Below are positions 7,456 through 14,763 of a stretch of DNA of 64,000 bases, piece after piece. Within the stretch, counting starts at the first letter, position 1, and every line of letters starts with the position of its first letter. The stretch covers positions 6,036-70,035 of the forward strand of contig DASSQD010000030.1 of NCBI GenBank assembly GCA_035702665.1, written 5' to 3'. The stretch is from Burkholderiales bacterium. Its GTDB lineage: Bacteria > Pseudomonadota > Gammaproteobacteria > Burkholderiales > SG8-39. The notes beneath the pieces are model-generated. The model did not search any database, was not told where the DNA came from, and worked only from the letters and a program-made list of their open reading frames with translations. Both the position numbers and the translations under genes were made by a program.

Positions 7456-7737
7456 ATGAAGCAAGTAATTCCAGAAACCTCGCCCGAGTTCGAGAGCACG
7501 CGCCTGACCGAGCGCCCGGACGGCTTCTACTGGCAGTCGAAGGACGGCCGGGAGGAGTTCGGGCCCTTCGCCACGCTGCTCCAGGCGGTGCAGGACATGC
7601 AGGCCCGCGACGAGGCCGCGATCGAGCCCGGCGAGACCGCGCAGGAAGCCGAAGCCGAGATCGGCATCGCCGACTGGGTGGATCCGGAGACGGGGGAGCC
7701 CGCCGAAGAGGGCGTGCCGAGGGTAGAGGAGCACTGA
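7456..7737 (+). CDS. Hypothetical small acidic protein (93 aa)
   Basis: ORF track. Starts 10 nt after the groEL stop with a G-rich SD. No family recognised. Confidence 0.5.
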   Translation: MKQVIPETSPEFESTRLTERPDGFYWQSKDGREEFGPFATLLQAVQDMQARDEAAIEPGETAQEAEAEIGIADWVDPETGEPAEEGVPRVEEH

Positions 7738-7769
7738 GCGTTCGCGCGTGGCGCGCGCCGTCCAATGAA

Positions 7770-8654
7770 ATGATCGCGGTCGTCGCATCGTCTTCCGAGA
7801 ACCTGCAGATCGCCGACAAGCTGCGCGAGGCCGCCGAGCTGCTGAGCGCCCAGGGCGCCAACCCCTACCGCGTCGGCGCGTACCGGAAGGCCGCCGACAC
7901 GCTGGCGCAGCTGCCGCGCAGCGTGCGCGAAATCTTCGATTCCGACGGCCTCAAAGGCCTCGACGCGCTGCCGGGCGTGGGGCAGGGCATCGCGTCGGCG
8001 ATCGCGGAGATCCTGATCACCACGCGCTGGAGCCAGCTCGAGCGGTTGCGCGGGACGACCGACCCGGCGCGCCTGTTTCGGTCGGTGCCGGGTATGGGGC
8101 CCGAGCTGGCGAAGCGCATCCACGACACACTCCACGTCGACACGCTCGAGGGGCTCGAGATCGCCGCCAACGACGGAACCCTGGAAGCCGTTCCCGGGGT
8201 CGGCCCGCGCCGCGCGGCAGGGTGGCGCGCGGCGCTCGAGCGCATGCTCGGCCGCGTGCGGGCGCGCCGCGGCCGCGCGCCCGGCGGAGCGGCCACGGAG
8301 CCCGGCGTCGGGCTCCTGCTCGACGTCGACCGCGAATACCGCGAAAGGGGAAAGGCAGGGACGCTGCCGACGATCGCGCCGCGGCGCTTCAACCCGGGGA
8401 AAGAGTCGTGGCTGCCGGTGCTGCACGCCGTGCGCGACGCCTGGCACTTCAGCGCGCTCTACTCCAACACCGCGCTCGCGCACAAGCTGAACCGGATGCG
8501 CGACTGGGTCGTCATCTACTTCTACGACGGCGACCACGTCGAGCGCCAGCGCACGGTCGTGACGGAAACGCACGGGTCGCTCCTGGGCAGGCGGGTCGTG
8601 CGCGGCCGCGAGGAAGAGTGCCGGGCGTATTACACCGAGAGACAGGCCGCCTAG
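7770..8654 (+). CDS. Helix-hairpin-helix protein resembling the PolX N-terminal (8 kDa/fingers) region, without a polymerase catalytic domain
   Basis: N-terminus NLQIADKLREAAELLSAQGANPYRVGAYRKAADTLAQLP...LPGVGQGIASAIAEIL...VPGMGPELAKRI resembles PolX-type HhH repeats. The C-terminal ~130 aa are unassigned. Confidence 0.6.
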   Translation: MIAVVASSSENLQIADKLREAAELLSAQGANPYRVGAYRKAADTLAQLPRSVREIFDSDGLKGLDALPGVGQGIASAIAEILITTRWSQLERLRGTTDPARLFRSVPGMGPELAKRIHDTLHVDTLEGLEIAANDGTLEAVPGVGPRRAAGWRAALERMLGRVRARRGRAPGGAATEPGVGLLLDVDREYRERGKAGTLPTIAPRRFNPGKESWLPVLHAVRDAWHFSALYSNTALAHKLNRMRDWVVIYFYDGDHVERQRTVVTETHGSLLGRRVVRGREEECRAYYTERQAA

Positions 8655-8677
8655 CGGCCTCGCGCCGGACCCGGCGC

Positions 8678-8691
8678 TTGACCTGGATCAA
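8678..8691. promoter_or_regulatory. FNR/Anr box TTGACctggATCAA
   Basis: Intergenic. Centre lies 40.5 nt upstream of the phaC ATG (8725). TAGCAT -10-like hexamer at 8713-8718. Confidence 0.7.
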
Positions 8692-8724
8692 ACCGCGCGC
8701 GCCTCGGACGGATAGCATCGATCC

Positions 8725-10524
8725 ATGGGTGCAATCGAAAAGTTGCGCGCGCCGGTGAAGAAGGATCCGCCTTCGGCGCCCGTGCCGGAAGACATCGACG
8801 CGGCCGCCGCGATGGCTTTCGGTGTCGACCGGGTGCTGCGCGCATACGCTTCGCGCGCGACGTTCGGAATCTCGCCCGGCGCGGTGGCGATCGCGTTCTT
8901 CGACTGGTGGCAGCACCTCGCCACTTCGCCCGGCAAGCAGCTCGAGCTCGGGCGAAAGGTATTCCGCAAGTGGCTGCGCTTCTCGGATTTTCTCGCACGC
9001 GCGGCGCGCGGGGAAAAGACCGCGCCATGCATCGAGCCGCTCGCAGGCGACTCGAGGTTCGCCGCAGAGGCCTGGAACGCCTGGCCCTTCGATGCGATGT
9101 ACCAGGGTTTTCTCCTGACGCAGCAGTGGTGGCACAACGCGACCACCGACGTGAAGGGCGTGGCGCCGCATCACGCCGCGCTGGTGAATTTCGTGACACG
9201 GCAGATGCTGGACATGTGGGCGCCTTCCAATCTCGCGTGGACGAATCCGGAAGTGCTCCGCGTTACCCGCGAGCAGGGCGGGAAGAACCTCGTTCGCGGC
9301 ATCTCGAATTTCATGGAGGACTGGAGGCGGATCGCGCTCGGGCAGCCGCCGGTCGGCGCAGAGGCCTTCCTCCCCGGAAAGCAGGTTGCGCGCACGCCGG
9401 GCAAGGTCGTGTTCCGCAACCGGCTGATGGAACTGATCCAGTACGCGCCCGCGACGGATACGGTGTTCGCCGAACCGCTGCTCGTCGTGCCGGCGTGGAT
9501 CATGAAGTACTACATCCTCGACCTGTCGCCGCATAACTCGCTCGTCGAGTACCTGGTCGAGCGCGGTCACAGCGTGTTCATGATCTCCTGGAAGAACCCG
9601 GGGCCGTCCGACCGCGACCTGTCGCTCGCCGACTACCGCCGTCTCGGCATCGAAGACGCGCTCGCCGCGATCGGGCGCATCGCTCCGGAGCGCCGCGTGC
9701 ACGCCGTCGGCTATTGCCTGGGCGGCACCCTGCTCGCGATCGCCGCGGCCGCGATGGCGCGCAACGGGGACGCGCGGCTCGCGACGGTGACCCTCCTCGC
9801 CTCGCAGGTGGACTTCGCCGAAGCCGGCGAGCTCGGACTCTTCATCGACGAGAGCGAGGTCGCCCTGCTCGAGGACATGATGGCCGAGCAGGGCTTTCTG
9901 GATCCCGGGCAGATGAGCGGCGCCTTCCAGCTGCTGCGCTCGAACGATCTCATCTGGTCGCAACGCATCACCGAATACCTCCTCGGCGAGCGGCCGCCGA
10001 TGACCGACTTGATGGCCTGGAACGCGGACGGCACGCGCATGCCGTGCCGCATGCACAGCGAGTACCTGCGGCGGCTGTACCTGCACAACGACCTGTCGGC
10101 CGGGAGGTATCACGTGGACGGGCGGCCCGTCGCGCTGCGCGACATCCGGGCTCCGCTCTTCGCGGTCGGCACCGAGAAGGACCACGTCGCGCCGTGGCGC
10201 TCGGTGTACAAGCTCAACCTGTATACGGACTCGGAAGTGACGTTTCTGCTCGCCTCGGGAGGACATAACGTGGGGATCGTGAGCGATCCGGCGTATGCGG
10301 GCAGCAGCTACCAGGTCGCGACCCGCGGACGCGACGAGCCGTACATCGACCCGGACGCCTGGGCGCGGCAGGCACCGCGCTCGCAAGGCTCGTGGTGGCC
10401 GGAATGGACGCGCTGGCTTGCGCAGCACTCGGGCGCGCGCACGGCGCCACCCGAGATGGGCTGCGCCGCGGCGGGCTACCCCGTGCTGGACGATGCGCCC
10501 GGCCAGTACGTGCACATGAAATAG
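8725..10524 (+). CDS. phaC: Class I poly(3-hydroxyalkanoate) synthase
   Basis: 599 aa with lipase-box GYCLGG and the typical PhaC N-terminal domain (FDWWQHLATSPGKQ). Confidence 0.9.
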   Translation: MGAIEKLRAPVKKDPPSAPVPEDIDAAAAMAFGVDRVLRAYASRATFGISPGAVAIAFFDWWQHLATSPGKQLELGRKVFRKWLRFSDFLARAARGEKTAPCIEPLAGDSRFAAEAWNAWPFDAMYQGFLLTQQWWHNATTDVKGVAPHHAALVNFVTRQMLDMWAPSNLAWTNPEVLRVTREQGGKNLVRGISNFMEDWRRIALGQPPVGAEAFLPGKQVARTPGKVVFRNRLMELIQYAPATDTVFAEPLLVVPAWIMKYYILDLSPHNSLVEYLVERGHSVFMISWKNPGPSDRDLSLADYRRLGIEDALAAIGRIAPERRVHAVGYCLGGTLLAIAAAAMARNGDARLATVTLLASQVDFAEAGELGLFIDESEVALLEDMMAEQGFLDPGQMSGAFQLLRSNDLIWSQRITEYLLGERPPMTDLMAWNADGTRMPCRMHSEYLRRLYLHNDLSAGRYHVDGRPVALRDIRAPLFAVGTEKDHVAPWRSVYKLNLYTDSEVTFLLASGGHNVGIVSDPAYAGSSYQVATRGRDEPYIDPDAWARQAPRSQGSWWPEWTRWLAQHSGARTAPPEMGCAAAGYPVLDDAPGQYVHMK

Positions 10525-10553
10525 CGAGGGCACAAACCCGACAGGAGACGATC

Positions 10554-11009
10554 ATGACGACTGCCACTGAAACAAAGACCACGGCGCCAGGCAAGGGATT
10601 GCCCGGTGGATTCCCGTTCGCGGCTCTCCTTCCCGGCAACAAGGACTGGGAGAACAGCTCGAAGCAGATGCTCCAGACTTGGAAGGAGCAGTTGGACACG
10701 AGCCTCAAGCTCATCGATGCCGCGGTGCAAGGCGCGCTCGAGATGCGCAGCTCGCAGCTCGCCGCGGCGATGGAGACGCATGCGCGCGATCTCGACGCGG
10801 AAAAGCTGGTGACGAGAGCCAAGTCGGCCTCGGACCTGCTCGCCATACAGCTCAACTGGATGACGGGCAACCTGGAGCGCTCCATGGCCTACTGGAACCA
10901 GATGTTCCAGGCTGCCTCGGACGCGAACACCAAGCTGCTCGAGCTGCTGCGCGAGCACTCCCCCGAAGCCGGCGGCGGGCGGGACAAGGCGCGTACCCCG
11001 ACGCCCTGA
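10554..11009 (+). CDS. Phasin-like PHA-granule protein
   Basis: ORF 10392..11009 trimmed to ATG 10554, with AGGAGA 6 nt upstream. Helical, Ala/Gln/Leu-rich, 151 aa. Lies immediately downstream of phaC. Confidence 0.6.
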   Translation: MTTATETKTTAPGKGLPGGFPFAALLPGNKDWENSSKQMLQTWKEQLDTSLKLIDAAVQGALEMRSSQLAAAMETHARDLDAEKLVTRAKSASDLLAIQLNWMTGNLERSMAYWNQMFQAASDANTKLLELLREHSPEAGGGRDKARTPTP

Positions 11010-11037
11010 GCCCGGGCGCCGATCCGGGGCCTTCGCC

Positions 11038-12570
11038 GTGAACCCCGGGTTCGATGCTGTCGTCATCGGTTCCGGCATGGGCGGGCTGGCGGCGGCGGCG
11101 GCGCTCGCCCGCAGCGGCCGCCGTGTGCTGGTGCTCGAGCAGCATTCGCAGCTCGGCGGCCTCACGCAGACCTTCCGCCGCGGCGACTACGTGTTCGCGC
11201 CCGGCGTGCACTACGTCGGCGGGGTGGGCGACGTGCCGGGTCCCGATGGTCAGTTCGGCCGGCTGCTGCGCCGCTTTGCCGGCGATGAGTTGCGCTTCGC
11301 TTCGGTCGGTTCGCCTTACGACATCATTCGCCTCCCTGGATTCGAGTTCCCCATCGAAGCGCCTCTCGCGGCGTATCGCGCGCGCCTCGAAGCCGTGTTT
11401 CCGGGCGAGGAGACGGTGATCGACACCTACTTCAGAGGCTGCTCGGATGCGCAACGCGCCAGCGTCGCGCTATTCGGAGCTGCGATGCTTCCCGCCCCTC
11501 TCGCCGCTCTGGTGCGGTGGCTCAACGCCGGACGGCTACGCCGCACGCTGGAGCCGTCCGCCGCGGAGATCGTCCGCCGGGCACGCGATCCGCGACTTGC
11601 CGCGGTGCTCACTTCGCGCTGGGCCGACTACGGACTGCCGCCCGAGCGCGCGCCGTTCGCCGTGCACGCGCTCGTGACGGCGAGCTACTATGCCGGGGCC
11701 TACTACCCGGTTGGCGGGCCGGCGAGGTTCGCGCAGGCCTTCGCGCGCTCGATCCGCGCGCACGGCGGCGAGCTGCGCACCGACGCGCGCGTCACCGCCA
11801 TTCGGCTCGAGGGTGGCCGGGCGGCCGGCGTGCGCCTGGAAGGAGGAGAGTCGATCGACGCGGCGAGCGTCGTCTCCGGCATGGGCGCGCACAATACGCT
11901 CGCCGCGCTGCCGGGCGACGCCGCCACCGCCTGGCGCGAATCGCTCGCGCGATTCGAGCCGGGCCTGTCGTACATCGGGCTCTATCTCGGTCTCCGAGGA
12001 GACATCCGCGCGGGCGGAGCGACCGCAGCGAACGTGTGGGTCTACGAGAGCGAGGACGTCGGCCGGGTGTGGGAACGGCCCGCCGACGAGGATGCGCCCT
12101 CGATCTTCGTGTCCTTCCCGTCGCTCAAGGACGCCGCGCACGACAATCCGCGGCGCCATACCGCGGAAGTCGTCGCCGCGTGCCGCTGGGATCCGTTTGC
12201 CGCCTGGGCCGGGACCACGCCCGGCCATCGCCCCGAGGAATACGAGGCGACGAAAGCATGGATCGCCGAGCGTCTGCTTGCGCAATTCAAGCGGCATTTC
12301 CCGAGACTCGGCCCTCTCGTCGATTTCCACGAGCTGTCGACGCCGCTCTCGCAGGCTTCTTACGTCGGGGCGGACCGCGGCGCAATGTACGGCATCGAGA
12401 TGTCGGCGGCGCGCCTGCGGAGCGGCGCCCTTCGGGCACGCACGCCCGTTCCGGGCCTGCTCCTTGCCGGCCAGGACGCGGCGAGCATGGGCGTCCAGGG
12501 CGCGTTCATGGGCGGACTGATGGCGGCCGCGGCGGTCGAGCCACGGCTATGGCTCGAGATGGGTTCGTAG
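11038..12570 (+). CDS. FAD-dependent oxidoreductase, phytoene-desaturase/retinol-saturase-like family
   Basis: GTG start. N-terminal dinucleotide fold DAVVIGSGMGGLAAAAALARSGRRVLVLEQ. 510 aa. Confidence 0.8.
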   Translation: MNPGFDAVVIGSGMGGLAAAAALARSGRRVLVLEQHSQLGGLTQTFRRGDYVFAPGVHYVGGVGDVPGPDGQFGRLLRRFAGDELRFASVGSPYDIIRLPGFEFPIEAPLAAYRARLEAVFPGEETVIDTYFRGCSDAQRASVALFGAAMLPAPLAALVRWLNAGRLRRTLEPSAAEIVRRARDPRLAAVLTSRWADYGLPPERAPFAVHALVTASYYAGAYYPVGGPARFAQAFARSIRAHGGELRTDARVTAIRLEGGRAAGVRLEGGESIDAASVVSGMGAHNTLAALPGDAATAWRESLARFEPGLSYIGLYLGLRGDIRAGGATAANVWVYESEDVGRVWERPADEDAPSIFVSFPSLKDAAHDNPRRHTAEVVAACRWDPFAAWAGTTPGHRPEEYEATKAWIAERLLAQFKRHFPRLGPLVDFHELSTPLSQASYVGADRGAMYGIEMSAARLRSGALRARTPVPGLLLAGQDAASMGVQGAFMGGLMAAAAVEPRLWLEMGS

Positions 12571-12647
12571 GCGCGAGCCCCGCGAAGGGAGTTCTGCGAG
12601 GAGGGCTACGGAACGTCCGGGCGCCGGTGAAGTAACGTCGCCCGGTC

Positions 12648-13031
12648 TCACCGACGCCGGGCGACGGTGCGGGCTCCGGCATCGGTCACGCCGCTGCCCC
12701 GGCAGCCGGCCGTCGGACACGGCAGGTCGTAGAAGACCGCGTTCAGGTAGGCGGCCACGTCGGCGACCTCCTCCTGGCTCCATCCCAGATCCGCGATCCT
12801 CTGCCAGCGCGTCACCTGGAAGAGCAGGTCGTCCCATGTTCGCACCAGGCGCTTCTCGCGCCAGTGCACCTGCGCGGTGTGGCAGGCGTTGCAGTTGTCG
12901 GCGTAGAGATTGCCGCCGCGATCCGGGCTGACCATGGCCGCCGACGGCTGCTTGGGCGGCAAGGCGCAGCCCGCGAGCAGGAAGACGCAGAGAAACAGCC
13001 AGCCGAATATGGAATATTTCATGCGATCCAT
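12648..13031 (-). CDS. Cytochrome c-type lipoprotein (single CxxCH)
   Basis: Lipobox LLAGC and heme motif CNACH. Alternative ATG at 13022. Confidence 0.7.
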   Translation of the reverse strand: MDRMKYSIFGWLFLCVFLLAGCALPPKQPSAAMVSPDRGGNLYADNCNACHTAQVHWREKRLVRTWDDLLFQVTRWQRIADLGWSQEEVADVAAYLNAVFYDLPCPTAGCRGSGVTDAGARTVARRR

Positions 13032-13056
13032 GATGACCTACGCAACGGTCCGCGGT

Positions 13057-13070
13057 TTGACCCAAATCAA
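13057..13070. promoter_or_regulatory. FNR/Anr box TTGACccaaATCAA
   Basis: Lies between the NnrS stop (13078) and the cytochrome c start. Centre is 41.5 nt from ATG 13022. Confidence 0.65.
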
Positions 13071-13077
13071 TTGCATG

Positions 13078-14241
13078 CTACCCCGGTTTGCCGTCCGCCC
13101 GCGGTAGCACGAGGATGGGCGTGTAGACGACTAGATAGACCGCAAACGCCGCCGTCCACAGCAGTCCGGAGGCGATGACAGTCCACAGGTAGTGCGAAGG
13201 CCACAGTGCGGGCGCGAAAACCCGCGTGACGACCCCAAGGGTGAGAAGAACGTACGCCGCCGCGATGCCGCGGCCGACCGTCAGGTCGCGGCCGGTGTGA
13301 CCCAGCGCCGCGCGCGTCATCACGGCGAGGATCATGGTGCCGAAAGCGCCCATGGTGAGCGCGTGCAGCCAGTGCGCCGCCCAGCCGGCGCCGGCGAGCA
13401 GCGACAGCGCCTTGAGCGCGAAGCCGAACGGGAGCCAGGCATAACCGAGGTGCAGCACCCACAGGATCGCTTCGCCGCGCGTGCGCAGGCTGCGCCATCC
13501 CGAGAGCCGCAGCGCTTGTGCCAGAGCGACCAGCGCGGCGAGCCCTCCCGCGATAGCGCCCTCGGGCCGCCAAAGGTCCACCACGACGACGGCGATCATC
13601 AGCGCCATCACCGTGCGCTCGAGCCAGGGCAGGCTGCGTATTTCCGGCCCCTCCCCGCGCCGCCGCAGGGCGTTCGCGGTGAACGAGGGAACGATGCGCC
13701 CGCCGATAAGCGTGACGACGACCAACATCAGGTCGATCGCGATGCGCAGGCCGCCGCTCGCGAGGCCGGGGTCACGCCGCGCCAGCCCCGCGAGAAACGT
13801 CGCGTCGGTGATCCACAACAGAGCGAGGACGAGGAGGAGCGCCGTGTTGCGGTTGCGCGAGCGCACGAGCGGGGGTGCGAGTAGCAGCGCCACGCCGGGC
13901 AGGAACGCGAGTTCGGCCGCGGCGAGCGCCCAGAAGGGCAGCGCGTTGGCGAATGCGAAGGCGAGCCGCCCGAGCAGCCACGCCGAAGCCACTGCGGCCA
14001 GCGGCCCGCCGCCGAAACCCTTCGCTCCGGTCCAGCTCGGCACCGCGGTCAGCAGAAACCCGGCGAGCGCGGCGCCGACGAAGCCGTAGAAAAGCTCGTG
14101 CGCGTGCCACAGCGGCGGAGGCAAGTCGCCGAGCGGCATCGACCCGTGCGCGAACATCAGGATCCACCCCGGAACCACGAGCACGGCGCAGAGGCCCGCC
14201 GCGAGGAAGAACGGCCGAAAGCCGTAGGCGAACAGGGTCAA
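13078..14241 (-). CDS. nnrS: NnrS family heme/copper membrane protein
   Basis: ORF 13078..14655 trimmed to TTG 14241, which overlaps the upstream stop as TTGA. ~387 aa, polytopic, typical NnrS N-terminus FAYGFRPFFLAAG. Confidence 0.8.
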   Translation of the reverse strand: MTLFAYGFRPFFLAAGLCAVLVVPGWILMFAHGSMPLGDLPPPLWHAHELFYGFVGAALAGFLLTAVPSWTGAKGFGGGPLAAVASAWLLGRLAFAFANALPFWALAAAELAFLPGVALLLAPPLVRSRNRNTALLLVLALLWITDATFLAGLARRDPGLASGGLRIAIDLMLVVVTLIGGRIVPSFTANALRRRGEGPEIRSLPWLERTVMALMIAVVVVDLWRPEGAIAGGLAALVALAQALRLSGWRSLRTRGEAILWVLHLGYAWLPFGFALKALSLLAGAGWAAHWLHALTMGAFGTMILAVMTRAALGHTGRDLTVGRGIAAAYVLLTLGVVTRVFAPALWPSHYLWTVIASGLLWTAAFAVYLVVYTPILVLPRADGKPG

Positions 14242-14615
14242 AGCGACACGCTCCGCGTAACCGCCACCGCGGCAATGTAGCCGAACACGACGAGCGCCGC
14301 CATCCAGGCCGCGACGCGTACCCGTTTCGGCCGCCCGGGCCGGAGCGCCAGCGCGCCGAGGCCGATGTAGACCGGAAGCGCGATGAGCTTCGCCCCCAGC
14401 CATGGCGTCGCCGCGGGCGAGAGCCGCAACTCGAAGGCGAGCCATATTCCGGCCGCGAGCAGCACGGTGTCGTTGACGTGCGGCACGACCCGCACCCAGC
14501 GGCCATCCAGACGCGCCGAATCGAGCATCATCCAGACGCCGCGAAGGAAGAAGAGGCCGAAGCTTACCGCGACCGCGACGGCGTGAACGTGCTTGATCGC
14601 GATGTAGGTCGTCAC
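14238..14615 (-). CDS. SirB2-like small membrane protein (4 TM)
   Basis: ORF track, GTG start. 125 aa. IKHVHAVAVAVSFGLFFLRG resembles the SirB2 family. Confidence 0.6.
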   Translation of the reverse strand: MTTYIAIKHVHAVAVAVSFGLFFLRGVWMMLDSARLDGRWVRVVPHVNDTVLLAAGIWLAFELRLSPAATPWLGAKLIALPVYIGLGALALRPGRPKRVRVAAWMAALVVFGYIAAVAVTRSVSL

Positions 14616-14742
14616 AGCCGCTCGGCCGCCGCGCGGAAGTGATGGCCGATGTCACGACGATGCGCGCCGATCTTCCTCTGAGTCGTTTTTCCCACGGCGA
14701 TCTGTCTCTCCTCGTATCTTCCCTGGGCGGGCCGGCGCGTTC

Positions 14743-14756
14743 TTGATCTGGCTCAA
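14743..14756. promoter_or_regulatory. FNR-like box TTGATctggCTCAA
   Basis: One mismatch in the right half-site. Lies between the ATPase stop (14764) and the SirB2-like start (14615). Confidence 0.5.
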
Positions 14757-14763
14757 ACGCTTC

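Noticed and set aside
12617-12645. The inverted repeat CCGGGCG-(15 nt)-CGCCCGG between the convergent oxidoreductase and cytochrome c genes.
   Set aside because: It is only a 7-bp stem with a large loop and no U-tract on either strand. It may terminate transcription, but I cannot support that.
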